A stretch of 64,000 bases of DNA from Selaginella moellendorffii (Eukaryota; Plantae; Lycopodiophyta), in assembly GCF_000143415.4 (NCBI RefSeq), contig NW_003314275.1:1121955-1185954 (forward strand), written 5' to 3'. This document shows, piece by piece, positions 1-11,772 of the stretch. The stretch's first letter is position 1, and each line of letters starts with the position of its first letter. Position numbers and translations under genes: made by a program. A model generated the notes under the pieces. The model was not told the origin of the DNA, did no database searches, and was given only the letters and a program-made list of their open reading frames with translations.

Positions 1-737
1 AATTCCCCTGAGAGATCAAATGGTCGATGTTTCTAATCTATGGAGGGGTGGCACTACTTACTTGGATACCTAGCGTGGCTCAACCGAACCTTATTTTAGC
101 TACATGGCTAGGGCATCTAAGGGCAGAAGGTGGGGAGAGTACTTATAAAGCTTGCATAGGGCCATAGTATTTTGAAATATCATCCCAAAGTTTCAGACTG
201 TGAAAAGGAAAATGATTAGTCTTTTTATGTAGTGACCAAAGGCATGGTCACGTGGTGAGAAAGTCCCAAAGGTTAGTGGGACTTAGTGGTCGGACCTTCA
301 AGCCTTGACTCAATGGCGGTGTTAGTGAGCACTGCCATGAATGAATGGGATTTAGTGGGGGACCGAATAAGGGATATTGAAGAACAATATTCCCTATGTC
401 TCTAAACATCCTAAAGGTGCTAATGTGTGCTCAAAGGATGACCATTCATAAATAGATGGCCTAATCTATAGGAGATAGTTTGTGTCTGTAGTATGGGTGG
501 TCTTGGACTAGCGTAACAAATTGATATATCAATGGTACCTTTAAATGTCTATGTTGGTATTGAACATGTGAAGCACTTGGACCAAGTGCAAAGACTGAGT
601 GGCATAAATGCCATTCACAAGGCTAATGTGTCCCCAAGTTAAAAATAGAATTTATGAAGGTTGTGAGTGAGACCACTTTAATTTGTTAAAGGTGTGGTTA
701 AGTGGCTAAAGTAGAATGGAAAATATAATCACTTACA
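1..737 (+). mobile_element. 3' part of an LTR of the large (~1.75 kb) LTR family also at 27287-29044 and 33038-35176
   Basis: Colinear similarity to about 28290-29044 (e.g. GGGTGGCACTACTTACTTGGATACC ... GTAGAATGGAAAA...CTTACA). Ends in CA at 737 with no PBS following, so it is a 3' or solo LTR. Confidence 0.85.
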
Positions 738-1744
738 AGATAGTCATGTTTCAATGGAGGTTAATGATGTTGCTGCCCGAGTTCAAAGACAATAGTGAGG
801 ATATAGTCATGGTTGTGATGTCCGCTATTGGGAGTGTAATGAAGTTGGTCACACTTATCAACATTGTCGGCATTTTTCAGATTGGTGACTTCCATTTCTT
901 AGGTAGAGACCTTGGCGTCAATAACGTCCTTTTTGTGTTGCTGTAATAGAAGGTCTGAACATCGAGATGCTTCCGGGAAATGAGGAGTCGCAGTTGTAGC
1001 AGAGAGTCCTTGTGTAAATAAGTTAGTGACCCTCCATTTTTCTTTCAAGAGTATCATTAAGGGTTCACTTGGCACCAATTCATTTAGTGTTTACTTTCCA
1101 AACTCAGTTTTATAATAAGAAGTATTCTATTATTCTTTCTATGTTAGTTGATACAAACTCAAGTTTATCTTCTATTGCTTAACTTGTTGCCACATGTTGC
1201 TATCTACATTTGAGTTATGCAGCAAAGCTAGTTTTCATTCTTTATAACAATAGTCATACACACATATGTGCACGGGATGAAGTGGACCTAATTGTGTGTG
1301 TGGGTGATCTCTAGCTTGAGTTGCAATCATTATGAGTGATGCCAAGTTAAGCTTTTGACTTCATCCTTAGTATAAATTGGTTGCAACGCAATCATGCCAA
1401 GTATGACTTTGAAATTTCTCCCTTTTATCTCATATTTCTTTATATTTCTTCCATTTTTCTCATTTTTATTCCTCTTCATCTCTTTGCTTTTACCTTTATT
1501 TCCATCATTTTTATTTCTTTATTACTTCCTCCTATATTTACATTTTTTTCCTCTATTCCCTCTTTTGATCCCTCCAATGGTTTTTATGTTGCAGTAGTTG
1601 ATTGGCTCATGAAAGAGTATGTCGATCTCTTTGAATTTGATTTATCTTCTGGGGCCAAGATTGCAATATATCATCCTATTCCAACTAGAGATGCTTGTCA
1701 AATCAAGGAAACGAAAGCTATTTAAGAATATGTGAATGCATTCA

Positions 1745-2025
1745 TGTAACGCATGTGATCATGGGATGAAATTTGGATATACTGTCATCGTGGATCTTTG
1801 GAACCTTGGGGGATAAATGGGGATAAAATAGCCACTAAGGGCTCTCTCATTAAGCAATTGCCCCTTTTCTAGTTGGCTTAAGGGGAGAGAGGGTGAGTGT
1901 AACACATGTGATCATGGGATGAAATTTAGATATACTGTCACCGTGGATCTTTAGAACCTTAGGGGATAAAATAGTTACTAAGGGCTCTCTCATGGCTTAC
2001 GGGGAGAGAGATAAGGTGCGTTACA
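1745..2025 (+). mobile_element. TRIM family A, internally deleted (two fused ~130-150 bp LTR copies)
   Basis: Termini TGTAACGCA...TGCGTTACA. Perfect 5-bp TSD ATTCA (1740-1744, 2026-2030). PPT-like GAGAGAGGGTGAG directly precedes the second LTR copy at 1898. Confidence 0.85.
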
Positions 2026-2817
2026 ATTCATGGCAAAGAGGATCTTTGTCACAAATATATGGGTAACATGGATGCATTCCATGCCTTCATATCAGGCTTC
2101 CAAACCTAGGCTTGAGGCAAGGTGATGTGTTGGAACCCGACCAACTATAAGGAAGTATTAGATGTAACTATCAAAGTGCATTTCAATGATAACCTATGAA
2201 AGGGGAACACAATGGAGTTGGTGCCCACATTTAGCAAAAAAGCCAAACCAAAGGGGATATATGGCAAAGGGAAATTCAAAAAGAATTTCTCTAAAATGAG
2301 TTTTTAAGGTTTCGAAATGGTAGATCCAATGGTCAATAAGCAAGTGGGGGAGTCAAGTGAAAAGGGACAAATTGACTGATAAAAAGGTTAAGCTTGCTAG
2401 TAGCATAGGAAACAATATATACTTTAACTGTGGTGAAGCAAGATATTTTTCAAGGGAATGCCTCTACATGAAGAAGGCCAAAGTCAATATGGCCATTAAG
2501 TCAAGTGAAATCTAAATTGAGGTATGTGATCTAGTCTCTAACTCAAAGTTACTCATTACACGAGCAACTTTGGTAGGGAATCATTCGCGACATCTACTAG
2601 CCTTTTTAGGGAAGTTCGAAGGTAGCTTTGTTAAGATCCTTATTAACACGAGTGTTTTAAATAATTTTGTGGTTGCAGACATAGTCCGGTAAGTCAGACT
2701 AATGGTGTAATGGTTGGGTGAACCAAGGACTATAGAGTTTGTTCAAGGTAGCTAAAACACCGATGAGGTACTTCAACAAACAAGAGTCAAAGTAGAGATA
2801 TAGAAAATAGACATGGA

Positions 2818-3572
2818 TGTAAGCTCCTGAATTTGGACTTCCCAAGAGGTTACCCAACCCAATACTATTCAAACCCTAAAACGCTTAACCCCAATTATCC
2901 CAAGACCCTTAATTGATTGGAAAAGGGGGTGCATTCTTATTCATGGGCCCTTTCCCTGTATATTTGAACAGGGACTGTTTCTCAAGTCATTTTCTTTAGT
3001 TGCTTACAATCCACCACGCTTCCTTGCAAGTTCACGCCCTTGTGAATGGAAGTTGAGAGCCGCAACTCTCCTGAGAGCCCCGCTCTCTTGACACCTTACC
3101 CCTCGGGTCGCTCTTTCCCTGTATATTTGAACCCCATGGACTGTTTCTCAAGTCATTTTCTTTGGTTACTTACAATCCACCACGCTTCCTTGCAAGTTCA
3201 CGCCCTTGTGAATGGAAGTTGAGAGCCACAACTCTCCTGAGAGCCCCGCTCTCTTGACACCTTACCCCTCGGGTCGAGCCCAGCGGGAGTAAACTGGACC
3301 AGCCAAATGTCAATCAACATGTGATGTGATTCCCCTAGCCAACGAACAGAGTCAGACCTAAGACCTCTCTGATACCAAATGTAAGCTCCTGAATTTGGAC
3401 TTCTCGAGAGGTCACCCAACCCTGTACTATTCAAACCTTAGGACGTTTAACCTCAATTATCCCAAGACCCTTAACCGATTGGAAAAGGGGGTGCACTCTT
3501 ATTCATGGGCCCTTCCTTCTATATTTGAACCCCATGGACCGTCTCTCAAATCGTTCTCTTTGGTTACTTACA
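2818..3572 (-). mobile_element. Cassandra-type TRIM (5S rRNA-containing LTRs), full length, with an internal ~165-bp duplication
   Basis: LTRs at 2818-3008 and 3380-3572 (TG...CA). TSD ATGGA (2813-2817, 3573-3577). Minus-strand PBS TGGTATCAGAG (3367-3377, tRNA-iMet). PPT GGAAGCGTGGTGGAT next to 3008. Each LTR contains a 5S A-box/IE/C-box segment. Confidence 0.92.
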
Positions 3573-5904
3573 ATGGATTTCACCATGTTGGATATGGCGG
3601 GATTTGACGTGATCTTCAAGATGGATTGGTCCAATTGGTTTGTGGTACCCCTATATGGACAAAGTAGGAAACTTGTGGTACTAGTAAATGCCTGAGGAGA
3701 ATAATTCAAAGTGCAAGCCTAGGATTTAAAGGTAGGGCAAAGTAAGGCAAAAAACTCCTGCTTGAACCTAATATCCACAAGAGGACAACTCACTAAAGGA
3801 ACTAAGGCAACATTTTTGTGCTTACTCTCAGTGAGGAGTGACAGAAAGATGGGAACAAAGGAAATACATTTAGTGATCTGGCAAGTGTTAGACCAATTTC
3901 GAGATACCATGTTAGAGGAGTTACTTGCGAGGTTACCCCTCGCATGACCAATTGAACATAAGATCAAGTTTGTTGAGGGTGCTAAAGTGGTGGTTCGTCC
4001 CCCCTATTGGTTGAATGGAAAGGAACCCGAGGAGCTCAAGTGCCAACTTGAAGAGTTGGTGGAAAAAAGGTATATTATGTGGAGCAATTGCTGTATAGGG
4101 CATTAGTATTATTTGTGAAAAAGAGAGATGACTCTATGCGCATGTGCATAGACTACCAATTGCTTAACAAGTATACAAAGAAGAACAAATACCCTTTACC
4201 AAGGATTAAGGACTTATTTGATAAGTTGGAAAAGATGAAATACTTTAAGTCAGGATACTACTAGATCAAGGCACCAAAGGAAGATGTCGAAAAGATGACT
4301 TGCTAAACAAGGTATGGAAGTTTTGAGTTTTTAGTGGTGTCCTTTATACTGTGCAATGCACTAAGTGACATTTTCGGTGCTGATGAACCACATTTTTATA
4401 CTCTATTTAGATCATTTTGTAGTCATTTATATTTGACGGAAATCTTGATCTATAGCAAGATGCTAGAGGAGTATGCCAAACACTTGATGAAGGTGCTTGA
4501 GAAATAAGGGAACACAAGTTATATGCTACAAAGAGCAAATGTCTACTTTTCTTAACAAGAGGTAAAGTTTCTTGGCATATGGTGGGCAAGGATGGGCTCA
4601 AGATGGACTCTAAGAAAGTCCAAGCGATCTAGGAATGGGAACGACCATCAAATGTACATGAGTTAAGGGCATTCTTAGGGTTATGCAACTACTACCGAAA
4701 ATTTATCAAACACTATTCAAGAGTAACCCTGCCCTTAATAGACTAAACGGGAAAAGAGAAGATAATATGGATAGTAGAATGCGAAGTGGCATTTGTCCAC
4801 CTCAAAGGGAAGTTGAGGAAGGCTCCCATGCTAGCGTTACCAGACTTTGGTAATGACTTTGAGGTAGAAATGGACGCTTCAGACTTTGTATTAAGTGTAG
4901 TTTTAAAGCAAGACAAACATCTAGTAGCATTCTTCTCGAAGAAGTTGGACAAGGCTTAGCAAAAGTAGTAGTTCCTATTTGTTATTAGTCATCAAAAGAA
5001 ATCAAGATTTTAAATACAAACATTAAGGAAATGTTAGAAAAGGGTGTTATTCGAAAGTCATAGAGTCCTTAAGCGTGTGAAGCTCATCTTGTGATGAAGC
5101 TTGATGGGAGTATTTATTTCTACATCAACTATCATTTGTTAAACAAAGTGACGATCCTAGATGTGTACCCTCTTCCTCACACTACTGATCTCTTAAATTG
5201 TCTAGGGAGAAGTCATTGGTTCACCAAGTTAAATCTTGTTTCTAGGTACTAGCAAATACCAATGGTCGAGGAAGCTATTTCTAAGACTGTTTTTTATACA
5301 CCATTTAGTTTCTACTAGTTTTTAGTGATGTTGTTTAGTTTGAACAATGTTTTAACAATGTTATAGTGGATGATAGATAAGATTCTTTGCGATATGCCAG
5401 AAGTGACTACTAACTTCATTAATGATATCGAGGGGATATGGGAAGAACACATCCGTGATATTTATAATGTGTTAGATTTGTTATGGAAAGTTGGTTTAAA
5501 GTTGAATCAAACAAAGTGCATATTTGGGTACAAGGACATAATTTATCTTGGATATTATATTTCTCATGAGGGTTTAGATGTTGATCCTAACAAATTTATG
5601 GCTATTTTAAAGCTCCCTACTCTAAAGTGTGTGAACAACATACAACACTTCCTAGGCAAGATACAGTATCTCAATCATTTTGTTAATCATCTTTTTTATC
5701 ACACTATACTATTGCAAGTATTGCTGAAGTCATCATCATCATTTTTCATTTAGTCTATGGACTATGAGTAGGTGTTTACAGATCTCAAAGAACTATTGAT
5801 GAGTCCTCCAGTTTTAGCGTATTTTGACTATAATTGACCTTTCATTTTGCGCGTGGATGCTCCTGATATTGCTTTTGGATATGTGTTGATGCAAAAGAGC
5901 CTAT

Positions 5905-6099
5905 TGTAAACAACCAAAGGGAACGACTTGAGAGACAGTCCATAGGGTTCAAATATAGAGGGAAAAGGGCCCATGAATAAAAATGCACCCTCTTTTTCAA
6001 TCGGTTAAGGGTTTTGGGATACTTGGGGTTAAGCGTCTTTGGGTTTGAATAGTACTGGGCTGGGTGACCTCTCGGGAAGTCCAAATTCAAGAGCTTACA
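5905..6099 (+). mobile_element. Cassandra-type solo LTR
   Basis: TGTAAAC...CTTACA termini. TSD CCTAT (5900-5904, 6100-6104). 5S-like core GTTAAGCGTCTTTGGGTTTGAATAGTACTGGGCTGGGTGACCTCTCGGGAAGTCC at 6028-6082. Confidence 0.92.
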
Positions 6100-6233
6100 C
6101 CTATGTGTGCCTAGTCATTGCATTCCATATAGTAACCATAAATTATAACAAGCAGAGGTGAATTACTCTATGACAAAGAAAATGTATTTAGAAATAGTTT
6201 AGAGTTTCGAGAAATTTCATAGTTGATTGTACT

Positions 6234-6886
6234 TGTAATGCATGTGATCATAAGATGAAATTTGGATATACTGTCACTGTGAATCCTTAAAATTTTGTAG
6301 GATAAATAGGGATAAAATAACCACTAAATGCTCTCTCATCAAGCAATTGCCCCTTTTCTAGTTGGTTTAAGGGAAAAGAAATAGGGTGCGTTATATGTGG
6401 TATTAGAGCAAATGGCACGGGTTCAACTCCCATTGATTAGTGGCTACTTAAAAACATAATATACCTTTGAGCAAGGCATATTCTTACCCTAAATTTGAAA
6501 TTGTACATATTAAGCATCCATGCGTACATCCTTCCTCTTGGTGGATCATCCACGAACGAAGGTAACCACCATGGGACTATGGTATGGGTGGATGACTAGT
6601 TGCCTCACATGGAATAACTGGTTTACACAATGGAAGGATTGGTAGATTCAGTGCGAAAATGGAGGTGCTAGTTCCCCTTGGCTTAGTAGGGGTAGTCAAT
6701 GAGGACATTGACATCTCTCAAGAGGGGTGAGTGTAGTGCATGTGATCATGGCATGAGATTTGGATATACTGTCACTATAGATATTTAAAACCTTAGGGGA
6801 TAAATGGGGATAAAATAACCACTAAGGGCTCTTTTATCAAATAATTGCCCCTTTCGTTTAAGGAGAGAGAGATAGGGTTCATTATA
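6234..6886 (+). mobile_element. TRIM family A, full length (~650 bp)
   Basis: LTRs at 6234-6395 and 6732-6886, homologous to 1745-2025. PBS TGGTATTAGAGC (6398-6409). PPT AGAGGGGTGAG (6721-6731). Degenerate TSD GTACT/ATACT. No coding capacity. Confidence 0.85.
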
Positions 6887-8529
6887 ATACTATTTAGTAG
6901 GCTTTGAAGCTTCAAATATATGATTTTTAAATTGTTTGTTGCTTGGGGAGTTCTATAGTTAATGCCAATGCCTTTTCTCGAGATCCTCTTCCTTATTCGC
7001 TCTCTTCTCATGTTTTTGACAAACTTGTTATTCTTGCATTTGTGGATTTTTGGAAAAGGATTCTATGCAATCGACAGTTGTTGTATTTGACATTTAGTGT
7101 CCATAAGGTGCAAAACAAGATTTACCTTCTCTTGATGATAGATTCGAAGGCTTCGCAATGGGTTTGAGAATTTTACATCACTTGCTGATGACTTGCCATT
7201 TTATCATTTACATTCACAATATCACCTTGAGGACAGTCTTCTTTATTTTGTTGTTGTTCATCACTTAAGGAGTTCTATAGCTAATGTTGATCCCTTTCTT
7301 AAGCTCCTTTTTCTTCCATGCTTTCTTATCATATTTCTAACAAACCTATTATTCTAACATTTATGGTTTTTGAGACAAGGATTGCGTGCCATTAGCAATT
7401 GCTAGACTTGATGTTTAGTGTTCATGAGGTGTAGAGTAAAATTTACCTTCTCTTGACGAGGTTCATGAAACTCCAAAGATTAAGATGTGGATTTGAAGGC
7501 TTCTTGATAGGTTTGAGAATTTTACATCACTTCTTAATGACTTACTATTTTGGTATTTATATTCTTAATATCATTTTAAGGACAATCTTTTTTATTTTGT
7601 GGAGATAAATTCTAATGATCATTTATAGCTGGTGGTGTCTTCAATATTTAATTCCATGCTTTCTCCACCTGCCACTACCAAACTTATTGCAATTGCTAAT
7701 GGAATGTATTTGTGCTTTTGGGGAGAAATGCATAATCCATTACCCCCTCTTTTACATAGCTACCCCTTTGCTATGCTCATTCCTTGCTTCCTTTGTAGCA
7801 CTCTGTGTCGTGCCTAGTCATGCCCAGCACCAACTCTAAATCAGTAATGTTAAACTTCAATTAGTAGATGTTGTTAACAGTATGTTAACAACTATAATTT
7901 TGTTGAATATAAGTATATAACCTATTTTTCATTTAGGTTTTTCCTTATTGTGTTTTATGTTTGTATTCTTTCTTATATTTTCTTTCTTATTTTATTCATT
8001 CCCTTTAATATTATGGCTATATTAGAATATGTAAATCATGCTCAAGATAGTATTAAGAGAACTAATAGTAAGATAAAAAAAATTTACTTTTTATATTATA
8101 ATTAGTCTTCTTCCAGAAGAGAGAGAATGCAAAAGATGCTATGAACCAATGAAATATCAATTTGATAATCAAAGTTGTAAAGATGGTTTAAAGTGGAATT
8201 GTAAAAATTGCAATACCATAAAATCTTTTATAGCTAATTATCACGAATGTGACTGTGAATATCGAAAGTTATCTATTGGCTAGTCCTTTCGAATATTCTT
8301 GGCATGAGGTTAGTATTGTCCGTCCCTCTTGTTCAAGTGTTAATAAACTAGATTTAGCATTTATACTTGACAGGACAAGCATAAAGAAGGAACCCTTAAG
8401 TGTCTATTTAGCCAAGCATACTTGGCCCAGTTTGTTAGTTCTCTTTTGCTCTGTCTTGCACTAGCTTGACAAAAACCTTCGCGTATTGAGACTAATCCCT
8501 CAATATCGTTGAATGATAGTTTACTATGT

Positions 8530-9270
8530 TTGCTAAACACTTTTGCTATCACACCTTATATGTTAGTTTTGTTTGGTCTCAATTGCTATTTATGGAAAGT
8601 GTTTAGAGTTACTAATTTGGCATATTTACAGAATGTAAAGATTGTCTTGAACACAATGATGTTCATCCCATGCTCAAATTTACAATCTAACACCATTCCA
8701 AGTAAATTTCAAGTTAATCAGATAAGGGTGGCTAAAGGTAAAAGCCCAAAGTGTGTGTTTCAGGGGGGCGGGCACGCTATAGGGGGTTCCAAATGTATAA
8801 TAGGGATAGTGGGTAAGTCAAACATGCCAAACCAACCTGAGGCATAGTCTAACTTTTACTTACGTACCTATCTTTGTTTTGAGTCCAGTTTGAGTCTAAA
8901 CCCAAGTTCCATACCATAGTAGCTGGTGGAGTGTCTATATTTTTGCGTTAGACCACCAATAGTTGAAATAGCACTAAATTTTATTTAGCTCCAATTTGCA
9001 TGCTGGTCTTAGCATTGGGATGCTGGATACTCTAGAACTATTCCAAGTTACTCTGTGCTACTATCTTGGTCAAAGCGACGACCTCGTGAAGAAGGCTGCC
9101 ATTCACAACTCTAGGAGTCACTCTATGTTTCAATACCTTCACTCCTTAGTTCTATACTTAAGTGTTTGGCACCGTTCCTTTATTCAGTGGCCCAAGGCCC
9201 TGAAACTCGGGTTTTGCACCACTGTCTTTGGACATGTGGCATATAAAGGGTTTAAGTTCTGTTTCATGGT
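8530..9270 (+). repeat. Dispersed repeat (probable decayed LTR/TE), with an inverted copy at ~50320-50860
   Basis: AATTGCTATTTATGGAAAGTGT...AATTTGG.ATAT..A.AGAAT.TAAAGATTGTC.T.AACACAATG is shared with the reverse complement of 50760-50860. A weaker copy lies at ~52445-52520. Confidence 0.6.
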
Positions 9271-10269
9271 TATTTTATGGTAAATCACTATAAGATAAAA
9301 GTTGAAAACCACATGCGCTACACTAATACTTGATTTGCAAATAACAATTTTATTTTTGCTTAAATTCTTAGGTTGATGTATTGTTGATGCCACAAAATCA
9401 CAATACCACAAGATCAAGCTCATATTGAGTGCAATATTAAAAATGAGCATATGACAACAAATTGGTACAACTTTTGTCATGATGTTTATGTTATCATATT
9501 AGCACGAGTGTGACTGGTGGCTGATTGTATTGCACAAACTTTAAGTGATATATTATATACATATATTATAATTTCTATTTCTAAAATTATTATTGACTAA
9601 TAATTATAATTAATATTTTGGAAACAATTATATATAGTGATTGTTGAGTTGATTATGATTCAGAGTGGTTGATCATATTAAGCTATATAATTAGTATAAT
9701 GCTGTTATATTTTAAAAAATTATATTATATTTTTTACTTTTAAATACTTAAAAATAATTGAGAAATAGTATACTAAACAATCTTTACTTTATAGTGCATA
9801 CCTATGTAAAGACTGGAAATAAGCAAATGAGGCCCACTTAAATAAAAGGGAGTGCATTCTACCCTTTGGTGATTTTTTCCATCAAGAATATGTGTGAATA
9901 TTCCCTTAAACCCCTGCACAAAGGGTAAAAGTGCATCGAGTGGTGGATGTGTGCCCTGGCTACGAATGCCATAAAAAATATCTGCACAGCATAGTTCCAT
10001 TCACAGGCAGCCATTGCAACGCTAGCATCCTTAAATGATCCTTTCAATTGATGAAATTGGAACTGATTCATCCAAAAAACCATGCTAGAATGAAGAATTC
10101 AAAGACCAAGTGATAAATCTAAATGGACAACAAAAGGAACTGCCAAGCGATTTTCATGCAATACACAGGCAATTCGTAAATATTTTTATCAAGAATATAT
10201 GTTTAAAATTTAAATCCCAATCCTAAACAAGACAAGATCCATTCACTGATTATTTATATCGTCCTTCCC

Positions 10270-11160
10270 CGTGCAAGGTGGGCAAACATCAACAATGTCC
10301 AGCGAGACTAATTTCACCCTGATGTTCAGCTTCTTGATTATGTCATCAACCATTCCTTTTTTTGTCCTTGCATGAGTGTGGCTTGATAGTCAATGGCAAA
10401 TGCGGTCAGATTGAAGCGGGTACCAGTATGCAGAAGTCGACTTGTTTCCCTTTGCCATAGTAAACTCCAGTGCTTTCCCAACAGCTGGCCCTAGTACCAA
10501 GGCACGCTTCTTTGTTACAGTTACCTGATATATACTTCCATTGACGATGAAATCCCAGTCCGCCTTCCTGGCTGAAAAAGGCTTGAAGAGTGCATTCTTA
10601 TGGTCTAACAGAATCTGTTGTGGAAAGACAGCCTCGTGTCCACCTCCTCTACGTTCCAGATGATACCTTGGAACAACCTTAGGGAAGCTCCCTGCCAAAA
10701 CAGGTCCGAACTCCCCATCTTGTTGCAGCTCCCTGTACTGTAGCTTGCCACCCCTGGGAATGAGTATGTTGCAAGAAAATTTCTCTAGCATCTTTCCCTG
10801 GATATCCCGGATACCATCTGGTTGCTCCACCGACAAGAAACGCTTCAATCATCAATGTTCTTCGCCTGAACCTCATTGTGCTCCCACACGAGATTAAGAT
10901 GGGATCGTAGCAGCTGCGGACTAGAAGCTTCCGGTTCAGTTTCCCGCAGACCACCAGCCTTCACTAAGATCGTCAGGCAGATCCAAAAACTTGGCCTGTG
11001 CAGAAGGAGCGCCTTTCTCCACCTTGACTTGACTGCAAACTTCGACCTTAACCTGGGTGCGCTCTAGATTAGTTATAACTCTTACCGGATCCGGTCTAAA
11101 ATGGTGCGGCTGTCTTCGCGGAGCGCCTCGGCACAGCAACACTTCTCCAAATTAATCTAG
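10270..11160 (-). pseudogene. Crinkler/RHS-like (CR) gene copy A: N-terminal part fused to the REase-like domain, NTPase core deleted
   Basis: Near-identical to 11773-12060 and to 14410-14990. The junction at ~10850 joins HNEVQAKNID to RLKRFLSVEQ. C-terminal DWDFIVNGSIYQVTV motif present. Confidence 0.7.
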
Positions 11161-11298
11161 GGTTACAGGGGATTTTCTAATGATGCCCGGAGGGATCTGT
11201 GATCGGGCATTTGCAGTTGGGATCCAAGTGGATCTCGATAACTACACATACCTAGAATTCCTGGTGGGGCAAAATCCCAATTGCAAGCTGATTAATAT

Positions 11299-11398
11299 NN
11301 NNNNNNNNNNNNNNNNNNNNNNNNNNNNNNNNNNNNNNNNNNNNNNNNNNNNNNNNNNNNNNNNNNNNNNNNNNNNNNNNNNNNNNNNNNNNNNNNNN
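11299..11398. other. Assembly gap (100 N)
   Basis: Run of N characters. Confidence 1.
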
Positions 11399-11772
11399 AT
11401 CATATATATGTTATATATGTGTTTAATATGTTTGGCTAAGACCAAGCAAAATATTTTAGCTGCGTTTTAATTTTAAAATCAGAATTAGATTCAGTTACCC
11501 TCCATCCGACTGCCCAACCATCAAAAAATAAAAATAAAAAATTCACTTTCATGATTGCTATGGAGGGCAAGGCGCAAGTGTGGCTATGGATAGAGTGGCA
11601 ATGGAGTTGGGTATGGTGGTGGAGCTAAATGCACTACAATAGAGAGTCATGCTCTTCCTCGGGGTGACAGCCGGACAAGAACCTAAGCTCAGTTTCCACC
11701 GTATGCCCAAAATTTTCGAAACTTTTCTGTTACGTCACTCATCAAAGCCCTAAGACATTAATCTAGGGAGAG

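Larger units (their letters stand above)
1590..4968 (+). mobile_element. Degenerate Ty3/gypsy gag-pol remnant (zinc knuckle, protease, RT, RNase H)
   Basis: CCHC-knuckle remnant at ~2420-2465 (YFNCGE...REC). Protease-like VKILINTS at ~2630. RT motif [41 protein letters not shown] (ORF 4079-4264). RNase H-like FEVEMDASDF at ~4860. Many stops and frameshifts; boundaries approximate. Confidence 0.9.
4980..7620 (+). mobile_element. Second degenerate Ty3/gypsy pol remnant (RT/RNase H)
   Basis: ORF 5370-5753 GLKLNQTKCIFGYKDIIYLGYYISHEGLDVDPNK. Upstream DVYPLP and WFTKLNLVSRY remnants. Hosts two TRIM insertions. ~320-bp tandem duplication at 6948-7255 / 7269-7600. Confidence 0.8.

Noticed and set aside
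1381-1725. Hydrophobic 114-aa membrane-protein-like ORF
   Set aside because: T-rich low-complexity decayed TE sequence leading into a gag remnant.
11180-11470. ORFs spanning the N run
   Set aside because: Artefacts of translating through the assembly gap.
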